Below are positions 25,400 through 35,026 of a DNA stretch of 64,000 nucleotides, in pieces. The notes under the pieces are model-generated. The model did no database searches. It was not told the origin of the DNA and saw only the letters and a list, made by a program, of their open reading frames with translations. The translations under genes were made by a program, and so were the position numbers. Each line of letters begins with the position of its first letter. The stretch's first letter is position 1. The stretch is from Trueperaceae bacterium (GTDB taxonomy: Bacteria > Deinococcota > Deinococci > Deinococcales > Trueperaceae), in assembly GCA_034520945.1 (NCBI GenBank), contig JAXHNB010000005.1, positions 480,001 through 544,000 on the forward strand, given 5' to 3'.

Positions 25400-26470
25400 G
25401 TGCAGGGGCGTCGCCGCGCCGGCCTGAACCTGCAGCTGGGGATGCGCACCCAGTTGGCCTGGGTGATCGCGTTGTTGTCGTTGCTGCCGAACCTGGTGAT
25501 GGCGGCGCTGGTGCTGCTGCCGGCCGTGCGCGAGTCGGGCGGCCTGGCGGCGCGCGTGACGGGGTCGCTGCTGGTGTGGCTGGTGGCGGTGGTGGCGTTC
25601 TCCGCCGCGATCGGGTACCTGCTGGCGCGCGTGCTGCTGGCGCCGCTGACGCGGGTGACGCGGGACGCGGAGGCGCTGCCGCGCACGGCGCCCCGCCTGG
25701 CCCGAGCCCGCCTGGCGGTGTCGGAGGACGACCCGCCCGAGGTCGCGTCGTTGCGGCACGCCATCAACGGGTTGCTGGCGCAGGTACAGACCGAGCAGCG
25801 GCGCCGCAGCGCCTTCACCGCGACCCTGATGCACGACATGAAGACGCCGCTTTTGGCGCAGGCCAACGCGCTGCGCGTGCTGCGCGAAGGCCCCGAGGGC
25901 CTGCCGGACGCGGAACGCGCCCGACTGCTGGCCGCGGCGGAGGGGGAGACCGACGCGTTGCTGGCGCTGGTGCAGCAGCTCGTGGACGCCCACCGCTTCG
26001 AGCAGGGCGAGGTGCGGGTGCAGCGCCGCCGGGTGGCGTTGCGGTCGTTGGTGGACGACGCGGTGGCGCGGGTGGCGCACCAGGCGCGAGAGCGCGAGGT
26101 GCGGATCACCGTGCACGGCGACGCGCAGGTCGACGTCGATCCCGACCTGGCGGCGCGGATGGTGGCCAACCTGCTGCAGAACGCGGTGCGCTACGCCACC
26201 CGGTCGGTGCGCGTCGAGATCCGGCCCGGCATGCTCCGCGTGCAGGACGACGGGCCCGGCCTTCCCGCGCCGCTGGAGGAGCTGGCGCGCCCCTTCAACG
26301 ACCAACCGGCCCTGATCGACGGGCAACGCTACCGTTCGGGCATGGGCGGGCTCGGCCTGTACGTGGCGCGCAGCATCCTGCAGGCGCACGGCGGCAGGTT
26401 GGTGTCCGAAGCGCACGGGCCGGGCGGCACGGTGCTGCTGGCCTACTTCGGGGATGGGAGCCGCGCGTGA
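25400..26470 (+). CDS. Sensor histidine kinase (2 TM, HAMP, HisKA, HATPase); start uncertain
   Basis: H-box MHDMKTPL, N-box NLLQNAVRY, QDDGPG and GLGLYVARSI. Confidence 0.88.
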   Translation: MQGRRRAGLNLQLGMRTQLAWVIALLSLLPNLVMAALVLLPAVRESGGLAARVTGSLLVWLVAVVAFSAAIGYLLARVLLAPLTRVTRDAEALPRTAPRLARARLAVSEDDPPEVASLRHAINGLLAQVQTEQRRRSAFTATLMHDMKTPLLAQANALRVLREGPEGLPDAERARLLAAAEGETDALLALVQQLVDAHRFEQGEVRVQRRRVALRSLVDDAVARVAHQAREREVRITVHGDAQVDVDPDLAARMVANLLQNAVRYATRSVRVEIRPGMLRVQDDGPGLPAPLEELARPFNDQPALIDGQRYRSGMGGLGLYVARSILQAHGGRLVSEAHGPGGTVLLAYFGDGSRA

Positions 26471-27051
26471 CGCGCATCCTGATCGCCGACGACCACCCGC
26501 TGTTCCGGATCGGGCTGGCGCACGCGCTCCGCGCCCGCGGGTTCGAGGTCGTCGGCGAGGCGGAGAACGGCCGCCACGCCGTCGAGCTGTGCCGCACCCA
26601 CCGCCCCGAGCTGGTGGTGCTGGACGTCCGGATGCCGACCATGGACGGGGTCGAGGCGTGCCGGGCCCTGCGGGCGTTCCCGGATCCGCCCTGCGTGGTG
26701 ATGCTGACCACCTTCGACGAGCCGGCCATCAAGGCCGCCGCCCGCGATGCCGGCGCGGTGGCGTACCTGTCCAAGGAGACCGAACCGGCGCGCTTGGCGG
26801 AGACGCTGCAGCGCATCGCCAACGATCCCACCGGGAACTGGATGCCGGACGTCTCGGTGCCCCGCCTCACCGTCCGCGAGCGTGAGGCGTTGACGCTGCT
26901 GGCGGACGGGCTGTCCAACAAGGAGATCGCCGGTCGCATGGGGATCGGGCCGGACACGGCCAAGGACTACCTGGCGTCGGTGTACCGCAAGCTCGAGGTG
27001 CGCGACCGCGTCAGCGCGGTACGGGAGGCGGAGCGGCTGGGGTTCGTGTAG
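26467..27051 (+). CDS. NarL/LuxR-family response regulator
   Basis: ILIADDHPLFR, LDVRMPTMDG and LuxR HTH LTVRERE...GLSNKEIA. Confidence 0.92.
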   Translation: MTRILIADDHPLFRIGLAHALRARGFEVVGEAENGRHAVELCRTHRPELVVLDVRMPTMDGVEACRALRAFPDPPCVVMLTTFDEPAIKAAARDAGAVAYLSKETEPARLAETLQRIANDPTGNWMPDVSVPRLTVREREALTLLADGLSNKEIAGRMGIGPDTAKDYLASVYRKLEVRDRVSAVREAERLGFV

Positions 27052-27158
27052 GGGGCCGCCCGGCCGGCGCCTGGCTCCGGCCGGTTCGCGCGCTGCGCCC
27101 CCTCGGCCGTGCGCCATGCAGGGCGCACGTGCGCCATCGCACGCCGCTAGCGTGCGGC

Positions 27159-27626
27159 ATGACCCGAAGACGTGGCGTCACGCTGTTGGAGATGCTGGTG
27201 GTGCTGGGCGTCCTGGCCGTCCTGGTCGCGCTGACCTGGCCGGCGTGGCGGCCGTCCTCCGCCCGGCGCGCTGCCCAGACCTACCTCGCGGCGCAGCACG
27301 CCGCGCGTCTGCGGGCCCTGACGGGCCGCGCGGTGGCCCTGCGCTGGGAGGGGCCGGCGGAGGCGTTCGTGGTGCGCGACGGGCGCGCCGAGGACGGGGC
27401 CGAGGGCGCCTGCGCGGCGCCGGTGCTGCGCCGCCACCGGCCGGAGGGCGGCGTGGCGGTCACCCGCGTCCTGCGCGACGGCGTGGCGTGGCTGCCCGAC
27501 GGGGCCGGCCGCAGCTGCGACGGCGGCGGCGTGTACGGCGGCCGCGTCCGCTTCGAGGCTGGGGACGAGGCGTGGGACGTCGTGGTGGCCAGTAGCGGTC
27601 GCCTGCGCCTGGAGCGCGCCCGATGA
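27159..27626 (+). CDS. Type IV minor pilin, FimT/GspH-like
   Basis: Class III signal RRRG|VTLLEMLVVL. Confidence 0.8.
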   Translation: MTRRRGVTLLEMLVVLGVLAVLVALTWPAWRPSSARRAAQTYLAAQHAARLRALTGRAVALRWEGPAEAFVVRDGRAEDGAEGACAAPVLRRHRPEGGVAVTRVLRDGVAWLPDGAGRSCDGGGVYGGRVRFEAGDEAWDVVVASSGRLRLERAR

Positions 27627-28000
27627 CGCGCCCGGGCGGCATGACCCTGATCGAGGTGCTGGTCGCCCTGGCGGTGTTCACCATCTTCGCCGCGGCGGCG
27701 GTGGCGGCGCTGGCGACGGGGCTGCGCGCCAGCGCCGAGGCCGGCCGCCTGCACCGCGCCACGGCGCTGCTGGAGCCCTACGCCGTGCCGGCCCGCGCCG
27801 GCGCGGCGCCGCCGGCGGCCTGCACGGCCGCCCCCGCGCAGGGCGGGCCCTGCACGGCCCGCCGCGAGACCTGCCACCTGAGCGCCGACGGGCTGGTGTG
27901 CGACGGCTCGGGCGGGCTGCGCCTCACCGTGGTCCGGGTCGCGACCCCCGAGGATGGCCGCCCCCACGACGTCCGCTCCTGGAGCCGGGTGTCGCCGTGA
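27623..28000 (+). CDS. Type IV minor pilin, PilV-like
   Basis: G|MTLIEVLVALAVF; Cys-rich C-terminal part. Confidence 0.8.
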   Translation: MTRPGGMTLIEVLVALAVFTIFAAAAVAALATGLRASAEAGRLHRATALLEPYAVPARAGAAPPAACTAAPAQGGPCTARRETCHLSADGLVCDGSGGLRLTVVRVATPEDGRPHDVRSWSRVSP

Positions 28001-28611
28001 CCGCGCCGCGCCACCCCCGTCGCCGGGGCGGATTCACGCTGCTGGAGGTGCTGGTGGCGCTGGCGTTGGCCGCGGTGGTGGCCGCATCGTTGGCGGCGTT
28101 GCTGGTCCGGGTGGGCCGCACCACCGCCGACGTCGGGGTGCGGACCGACCGGGCCCAGCGCGCCGGGCTGGCCGCCGCCCTGCTGCGCGGCGAGGTCGAG
28201 CGGGCCGGCCGCGGCCAGGAGGCGCCGGGGCTGACGCTGACGCTTCAGGACGGCGCGCCCCGCGGCGACCGGGTCACCGTCCGCTACCTGGCCGAAGCGC
28301 ACCGGGTGGCGCCGGCCGAGGTGGACGCGACCTTCTTCGCGGCGACCGATTCGGCCGGCCGGCCCAACCTGTACCGAAAGCCGCCGGACGGCGTGCGGCA
28401 ACCGTGGCTGCTCGGGGTGGAGGGCGTGCACGTCGTCGGGGCGGTGAGCGTAGACGGTCGGACGCGGACGCGGGCGGCGCTGAGTGACGGGATGGAACTG
28501 CGCGCGCTCGACCTACGCGTCGCGCTGTATGACGGGGAGGCGGTGCGGCTGATGGCCGCCACTCGCCGTGCGGGGCCGGTCGCGGTGGACCGCCCCGGGG
28601 GCACGCCGTGA
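27997..28611 (+). CDS. Type IV minor pilin, PulJ/PilW-like
   Basis: RRRGG|FTLLEVLVALAL; GTGA coupling. Confidence 0.8.
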   Translation: MTAPRHPRRRGGFTLLEVLVALALAAVVAASLAALLVRVGRTTADVGVRTDRAQRAGLAAALLRGEVERAGRGQEAPGLTLTLQDGAPRGDRVTVRYLAEAHRVAPAEVDATFFAATDSAGRPNLYRKPPDGVRQPWLLGVEGVHVVGAVSVDGRTRTRAALSDGMELRALDLRVALYDGEAVRLMAATRRAGPVAVDRPGGTP

Positions 28612-28973
28612 GGGGCCGGCGCGGCGTGGTGCTGGCCGCGGTGCTGTTGGCCGGCACCGCGCTGGTGACGGCCGCGTCGTTGGCGGCGCTGCTGGGGTGG
28701 ATGCAGCTCGAGGGCGCGCGCTACGCCCGCCAGCGGCAGGTGGCGCACGCCGCGGCACGCTCCGGGATCACGTTGCTGGACGCCGTCCTGGCGGCCGAGG
28801 TGGCGGGCGGCGGGGGCGTCCCCGAAGGGCCGCCCGAGCTGCCGGCGGGCAGCGGGTTCACGCTGCGGGTGGTGGGGTATCGCCCGCTCGAAGGCGACGC
28901 CGTCGAGGTGGAGGTCGAGGCGCGCGTGCCGGGGGCGTCCGCGACGGCCGGGGCGCGGCTGGCCTACCCGTAA
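28608..28973 (+). CDS. PilX/GspK-like minor pilin (no Glu5)
   Basis: RRG|VVLAAVLL and AARSGI motif; last gene of a four-gene pilin set. Confidence 0.6.
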   Translation: MRGRRGVVLAAVLLAGTALVTAASLAALLGWMQLEGARYARQRQVAHAAARSGITLLDAVLAAEVAGGGGVPEGPPELPAGSGFTLRVVGYRPLEGDAVEVEVEARVPGASATAGARLAYP

Positions 28974-28991
28974 GGGGGTATCCTGCCGTGC

Positions 28992-29516
28992 GTGTCCGTT
29001 CGCGCTCGACTGTGCGCCGCCTTGCTGGCGGCCGGTCGTCCCCTCCGCACCGGCGACCTGGCCCGGGCGTTGAGTCTCGCCCCCGACGCCGTCGAGGAGG
29101 CGACGCAGGACCTGCAGGCCAGCCTGAACCGCGAGGGGCTCGGCCTTCAGGTCGAAGCGGTCGCCGGCGGCTACCGGCTGGTGGTCCACCCGGATGTCCT
29201 GCCGGACCTGCAGGAGCTGCTGGCGCCCCCGGCCCTGCCGCCGCTATCCGCAGCCGCGATCGAGACGCTGGCGATCGTTGCCTACCACCAACCGGTCACG
29301 CGCGGCGAGCTGGAGACGTGGCGCGGCGCCTCGTGCCACTCCACGCTGGACACCCTGCAGGAACGCGAGCTGATCAAGGTGGTCGGCAGGCGCGACGTGA
29401 TCGGCCGGCCGCTGTTGTACGGCACCACGGAGAAGTTCCTGATCGAGTTGGGCTTGCGGTCGCTGGACGACCTCCCGCCCCTCGAGGAGGCGGGCGACGG
29501 CTTCCTGCGCGGGTGA
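28992..29516 (+). CDS. scpB: SMC-Scp complex subunit ScpB
   Basis: VAGGYRL, LSAAAIETLAIVAYHQPVTR, GRPLLYGTT and SLDDLP motifs. Confidence 0.95.
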   Translation: MSVRARLCAALLAAGRPLRTGDLARALSLAPDAVEEATQDLQASLNREGLGLQVEAVAGGYRLVVHPDVLPDLQELLAPPALPPLSAAAIETLAIVAYHQPVTRGELETWRGASCHSTLDTLQERELIKVVGRRDVIGRPLLYGTTEKFLIELGLRSLDDLPPLEEAGDGFLRG

Positions 29517-29544
29517 GCGGCGCGCGCGCCGCACGGGGGCGTGC

Positions 29545-29973
29545 TCAGCGCCGCGCCAGCGCCTCGATCGCGGCGCGGTACCCCTCGAACCCCAGGCCGG
29601 CGATGGTGCCGAGGCACGCCGGCGCCACCAGGCTCTCGCGGCGGAACGGCTCGCGGGCGTGCACGTTGGAGAGGTGCACCTCCACCACCGGCACCTCGAT
29701 CGCCGCGACGGCGTCCCGCAACGCCACCGAGGAATGCGTGTACCCGCCCGGGTTCAGCACCACGCCGTGCATCCCGTCGCGCGGCGCGTCCTGGATCCAG
29801 TCGATCAGTTCGCCCTCGTGGTTGGACTGCCGGCAGGTCACGCCTGCCCCGACGCCCTCGCCCCAGCGCCGGCAGGCCGCCTCCAGGTCGGGCAGGCCGG
29901 CGCGTCCGTACACATCGGGCTCGCGCGTGCCCAGCAGGTTCAGGTTGGGGCCGTTCAGGACCAGGATGTTCAT
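29545..29973 (-). CDS. aroQ: Type II 3-dehydroquinate dehydratase
   Basis: LNGPNLNLLGTREP, QSNHEG and EVHLSNVHAREPFR motifs. Confidence 0.96.
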   Translation of the reverse strand: MNILVLNGPNLNLLGTREPDVYGRAGLPDLEAACRRWGEGVGAGVTCRQSNHEGELIDWIQDAPRDGMHGVVLNPGGYTHSSVALRDAVAAIEVPVVEVHLSNVHAREPFRRESLVAPACLGTIAGLGFEGYRAAIEALARR

Positions 29974-31118
29974 GCCTCTCCCTTCGCGGCGGGCAATTCG
30001 GCCGCCGCCCGCTCGGCCTGCACCGGGTCGGCTAAGAACGCCTCCCACGCCGCCCGCTCGGCGTCCTCCGGCACGCCGTGCTGCAGCGTGGGCCGCCCCG
30101 GCGCCCGCATCAGCACCCAGTGCCGCCGCCCGCCGCGGGTCTTCTTGTCCCGCCCCAGGAACGGCGCCAGCTCGTCCCACGACGCGGCCGGCGGCGGGGC
30201 GGGCGCCACCGTGCGGATCAAGCGCCGCACCAACGCCTGCGCCTCCTCCGCGTCGTCCACGTCCAGCACCCGCGGCGACAGGTAGGCGGCGTACAACAAC
30301 CCCCACGCCACCGCGTCGCCGTGCGCCAGGCGGTGCCCGGAGGCGGCTTCCAGCGCGTGCCCGAGCGTGTGCCCCAGGTTCAGGTGCGCGCGCGCGCCGT
30401 CCTCCCGCGCGTCGCCCGCCACCACCGCCGCCTTGACGCGCCCTGAGGCCGCCAGCCAGCGCGTCAGGGCGGCGTCATCGGCGTCCGGCGCCAACGCGCC
30501 CGACACCACCGCCTCCGCCAGCGCCGGGTCGGCCAGCAGGCCGTGCTTGAACACCTCCACCGTGCCCTGCATGAACACGCGCGGAGGCAGGCTCCGCAGG
30601 GTGCGTACGTCCATCAGCACTGCGCGGGGCTGCCAGAACGCGCCGACGAGGTTCTTGCCTTCCGGCAGGTTCACGGCGGTCTTGCCGCCGATCGCCGCGT
30701 CCGCCATCGCCAGCACCGTGGTCGGCACGTGCACCACGGCGATGCCGCGCATGTAGGCGGCCGCCACGTACCCCGCCAGATCGCACGTCACCCCCCCGCC
30801 CAGCGCCACCACCGCGTCGTCCCGGGCGAAGCCGGCGCGGGCCAGGCGGCCCAACAGCTCGGCCCACACCTCGATGCGTTTGGCGTCCTCACCGGACGGG
30901 ACGCGGAGGCGGAGCACCTGACGCCCGTCCGCCGCCAGGGCGTCCGCCGCCTCGTCCCCGTAGCGGGCGCCTGCGTTCTCGTCCGCGATCAGCGCCACCC
31001 GCCCGCCCGGCGTCAGCGACGCCAGTCCGGAGAGCACGCCCGGGCCGACCCGCACGGGGTAGGGGGGCGTCACCGCCACCTCGAACCGTTCCGGCGCGAC
31101 CGGGCCGGCCTGCCTCAC
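29970..31118 (-). CDS. aroB: 3-dehydroquinate synthase
   Basis: ALGGGVTCDLAG, GGKTAVN, GKNLVGAF and LNLGHTLGHA motifs. Confidence 0.95.
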   Translation of the reverse strand: MRQAGPVAPERFEVAVTPPYPVRVGPGVLSGLASLTPGGRVALIADENAGARYGDEAADALAADGRQVLRLRVPSGEDAKRIEVWAELLGRLARAGFARDDAVVALGGGVTCDLAGYVAAAYMRGIAVVHVPTTVLAMADAAIGGKTAVNLPEGKNLVGAFWQPRAVLMDVRTLRSLPPRVFMQGTVEVFKHGLLADPALAEAVVSGALAPDADDAALTRWLAASGRVKAAVVAGDAREDGARAHLNLGHTLGHALEAASGHRLAHGDAVAWGLLYAAYLSPRVLDVDDAEEAQALVRRLIRTVAPAPPPAASWDELAPFLGRDKKTRGGRRHWVLMRAPGRPTLQHGVPEDAERAAWEAFLADPVQAERAAAELPAAKGEA

Positions 31119-31735
31119 GCCATGGCCTTGCCGTCGTCGCGCCCCGAGCCGGGATCGCGCCCGGCGTCGTCCTGCACGGCGGCCCAGGCGGTGAGGGCGC
31201 GGACGATCTCCTCGACGACGTCCTGGGAGTTCCGCCCGTCGCCGGACACCGTGATGGTGGCCGCCTCCTCGTAGGCGGACGCGCGTTCGGCCATCAACTG
31301 TCGGATGCGTTCGGTCGGGTCGCCGAGCTCCAGCAACGGTCGCTTGTGGCGGCGGGTGCGCTTGTAGATCGTCTCGGGGCTGGCCCGGAGTCGCACCACC
31401 GGCCCGCGGCTGCGCAGCAGGCGTCGGTTCTCCTCGCGCACCACCGTCCCGCCGCCGGTGCTGATCACCACCTCGTCCAGGCGCAGGCAGCGGCGCACCA
31501 CCTCGGTCTCGTAGTCCCGGAACACCGGCTCGCCGTACAACTCGAGGATCTCGGGAATGCGCAGGCAACTCACCCGCTCGATCACGCGATCGGTGTCGAT
31601 GAAGGTCAGGCTGAGGCGCCGCGACAACTCCCAACCGATGCGGCTCTTGCCCGTCCCCATGAACCCGACCAGCGCCACCCAGGTGACCGGCCGATCCGGC
31701 GGGACGAAGTACCGGCGCGCGCGCGGCGTCCGCAT
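31115..31735 (-). CDS. aroK: Shikimate kinase
   Basis: GFMGTGKS, GEPVFRDYE and STGGG motifs. Confidence 0.94.
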   Translation of the reverse strand: MRTPRARRYFVPPDRPVTWVALVGFMGTGKSRIGWELSRRLSLTFIDTDRVIERVSCLRIPEILELYGEPVFRDYETEVVRRCLRLDEVVISTGGGTVVREENRRLLRSRGPVVRLRASPETIYKRTRRHKRPLLELGDPTERIRQLMAERASAYEEAATITVSGDGRNSQDVVEEIVRALTAWAAVQDDAGRDPGSGRDDGKAMA

Positions 31736-31739
31736 GACG

Positions 31740-32894
31740 TCAGTACCCCGCCACGTACGCCCGGTGGACCTCCAGCCGCTCGGTGATCTCGCGCACGGTG
31801 TCGCGGCCGAACTTCTCGCCCAGCGCGTCGGCCAGCACCAGCGCGGTCATCGCCAGCAGCACCACCGACGCGGCCGGCACCGCGGTGGTGTCGCTGCGCT
31901 CGCGGGCCGCGTCGGCCGGATCGCCGGTCGCCACGTCCACGGTGGGGAGCGGCCGCATCAGCGTCGCGATCGGCTTCATGGCGGTGCGCACCACCAGCTC
32001 CTCGCCGGTGGTGATGCCGCCCTCCAGGCCGCCCGCGCGGTTGCTGCGCCGCGCGAAGCCATCGGGTGCCTTGTCGATCGGGTCGTGCACGTCGCTGCCC
32101 GCGACGCCCGCGTTGCGCCAGCCCTCGCCGATCTCGACCGCCTTCATGGCGGGGATGCTCATCGCGGCCTGCGCCAGGCGTCCGTCCAGTTTGCGGTCCC
32201 ACTGGGCGTGGCTGCCCAGCCCGACCGGCACGCCGCGGAAGCGCGCCTCGATCACCCCGCCCAGCGTGTCGCCGTCGCGCTTGGCCTCGTCGATGCGCTC
32301 CTTGATCCGTTCCTCCGCGTCCGCGTCGAAGCTTCGGATCGGGCTCTCGTCCAGCGCGCCCAGACGGTCCCAGTCCATGCCGCCGTCGCAGGCGATCCCG
32401 CCGAGGGACACCACCCGCGCGCTGCCCTGCACGCCCGCGACCTCCAGCAGCCGCAGCGCCACCGCGCCGGCCGCGACCCGGCTGGCGGTCTCGCGGGCGC
32501 TGGCGCGCTCCAGCACGTCGCGCAGGTCCTTGTGTCCGTACTTGATGCCGCCGGCCAGGTCGGCGTGGCCGGGCCGCGCCTTGGTGAGGGGGCGCTTGCG
32601 CGGCTGGCCGTTCGGTTCGGGGCTCATGATCTCGGTCCAGTTCCGCCAGTCGCGGTTCTCGATCTGGATCGCCAGCGGCGCGCCGGTGGTGCGGCCGGCC
32701 CGTACGCCCGCCATGAAGCGCGCGGCGTCGCTCTCGATCAGTTGCCGGCGGCCGCGGCCGTACCCGCCCTGGCGCCGCCGCAACCAGGGGTCGACGTCCC
32801 GCTCGGCGACCAGGTCGAGCCCGGCCGGTACGTCGTCCAGGAGCACCGTCAGCGCCGGGCCGTGCGACTCGCCTGCGGAAAGGTACCTCAGCAT
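31740..32894 (-). CDS. aroC: Chorismate synthase
   Basis: AGESHG, RPGHAD, ERASARET and MKPIATL motifs. Confidence 0.97.
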   Translation of the reverse strand: MLRYLSAGESHGPALTVLLDDVPAGLDLVAERDVDPWLRRRQGGYGRGRRQLIESDAARFMAGVRAGRTTGAPLAIQIENRDWRNWTEIMSPEPNGQPRKRPLTKARPGHADLAGGIKYGHKDLRDVLERASARETASRVAAGAVALRLLEVAGVQGSARVVSLGGIACDGGMDWDRLGALDESPIRSFDADAEERIKERIDEAKRDGDTLGGVIEARFRGVPVGLGSHAQWDRKLDGRLAQAAMSIPAMKAVEIGEGWRNAGVAGSDVHDPIDKAPDGFARRSNRAGGLEGGITTGEELVVRTAMKPIATLMRPLPTVDVATGDPADAARERSDTTAVPAASVVLLAMTALVLADALGEKFGRDTVREITERLEVHRAYVAGY

Positions 32895-32967
32895 GGCGAG
32901 AGCCTACCACGCGCCCCGCGCGCGTCCCGCCTTCGCTGGCGGCGCGGGCGCCCGCCAGGACGGCACG

Positions 32968-32997
32968 AAACGGCGCCCGGGGGAAGCCGGGCGCCGT
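32968..32997 (-). terminator. GC-rich hairpin downstream of pilQ (putative intrinsic terminator)
   Basis: ACGGCGCCCGG / CCGGGCGCCGT stem followed by only a short T run on the minus strand. Confidence 0.55.
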
Positions 32998-33020
32998 CTG
33001 GATCTGCGGGGGTGGGGGGC

Positions 33021-35024
33021 TCAGTCGATGACTTGGGCGTTGACCACCAACATCAGTTCGCTGTTCTCTTCCTCGACCTCGGTGCTGCCGAACAGCGCGC
33101 CGATCAGCGGGATCTGACCCAGGATCGGGACGCGGCGTTCCGTTTGCGAGAACGAGTTCTGCAGCAGGCCACCCAACAGGACCGTCTGGCCGGGCCGAAG
33201 CGTGACGGTGGAGGTGACGTTGCGCTCACTGAAGTCGATGCGTTCGGGGATGCCCCCTTCGTTGATCGGGACCAGCACGTCGGACACCTCGGCCGACACG
33301 TCCAGCGTGACGCGGCCGTCGTCCGCCACGCGCGGCGAGACCTCGATGATCACGCCGAACTCGATGGTGCGGGTCGCGATTTCGCCGTCGCTGCTGGGGA
33401 AGGTGATCTCGATCCGACCGCCGGACTGCATGCGCCCGGTCCCGTTGTTCAGCACCGTCAGGGTCGTATCATCGACGCGTCGCGACAGCCCCTGGCTCTC
33501 CAGCGTGTCCAGCACGGCGCCGATGTTCAGGCCGCTGACCGCCGACTGAGGATCGAACACGAAGCGAAGGCCGGAGTCGAGCAGGTTGGCCGCGAAGTTC
33601 CCGCTGGCCGCACCCAGGTTGATGCCGAGGTTGCTGGCGACGCGGCGGTTGATCTCCTGAATCCGGACCTGCACGTTCACCTGCCGCTGCGGTGCGTCGA
33701 GTTCCGGAATCAGCTCCGCCAGGCGAGCCTGTACGGAAGGGGTCGCCGTCACGACGATTGAGTTGGTTCGCTCATCTGCCACAACGGTGAACTGGCTGTC
33801 ACCTTGGCCGTGCTCGCCGGCCGTCAGGTCTGTGCAAGGGCTGACGTCGATCCTGCGCTCTCGTCACCGTCGCCGTTCGCTTCGGACGCCGTCCGTAGCC
33901 TCCGTGAGCAAGCCAGACCGTTCCAGACCGAAGTTTCGGATCTGCAGCGATCTCGTGCGAGCTCGGTGGCATCGGCGTTGTTCGAGCGAGTAGATGCGCT
34001 GCTCCAGACCAACGCTGCTGCAGGCGGGTCGAATTCTTGGAGCACCTGCTGAACGCGCTCGTGCTGATCCTCCGTGCCAACCACGACAACCACGTGGATC
34101 GTCGACTGACCACCGCTGAGTCTCCTGATCGCCGGATCCCTGCAGCTCTGGTACCAACGTCTTAATAAGGCTCTTGACGTTTTCAGCCTCTCCGTTGACA
34201 CGGTAGACTCGGCGCTCAATAGCTACATCGCGTTCGGCTGCTGCGGCTGCATCACCCGAGGGAAGCGAATCGTACGCTTCCAGCGCCTCCTCGACACGTG
34301 CATGTCCGCTTGGCGTGGTGGTCACGATCACGATGTTGCTGTTGGACCGCGCCGCGATCGAATCTCCTTCGGACACGAACGAGGCCAAGTACTCCGCAGC
34401 CTTCTCGACGGAGCCACGCACCTCGTAGCGACGAAGCTCGCGTGGCTCCTCGTCGAACTCGTCCAGGGCGGCCTGGACCTTGTCGTGTTGCGTCTCCGTA
34501 GCACCCACCAACAACCGGGAGCTGTCTTCGAGCTCCTCCACGGTCCGCGCGCCAGGCACCAGCCGGCCCACCACGCCCGCCAGGTCATTCGGCGAGCCGT
34601 TCACGCGGTACACGCGCTGCACCGTGTCGGCGGCGGCCGGGGCCCCGGCGTCATCGGTCCGCGGTTCGGCGCGGCGCAACGACGCCAGCGCGTCGGTCGG
34701 GCCGATCACGATCACGTCGTTCTCTTGCAGCACGTAGTCCAGGTCGTTCAGGGACAGGATCAGGTTCCAGACCTGCCGGAACGGCGTCGGCTCGTCGATG
34801 TCGTACCGGATGGTCTCCTCGGGGACGTCGTCCACGACGGGGGTGAGGCCGACCGAGCGTGCGAGCGCCGACAGCATGGTGTCGAGGTCCTCGCCCTGAC
34901 GGCCGGTCGAGAACGACACCGTCTGGTCGAAGCGTTCGTCGTCCGGCAGGGGCGCCGGCTGGGCCAGGGCGGCACCCGCCAGCAGGGCGGACGCCAGGAG
35001 GAGAAGGGGCAGAGTACGCGTCAT
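33021..35024 (-). CDS. pilQ: Type IV pilus secretin PilQ, broken by several frameshifts in about 33790-34130
   Basis: Signal peptide, tandem N-domains and a secretin C-domain (QVNVQVRIQE, GQTVLLGGL, VPILGQIPLIGALF) are spread across different frames. Confidence 0.85.
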
Positions 35025-35026
35025 GA

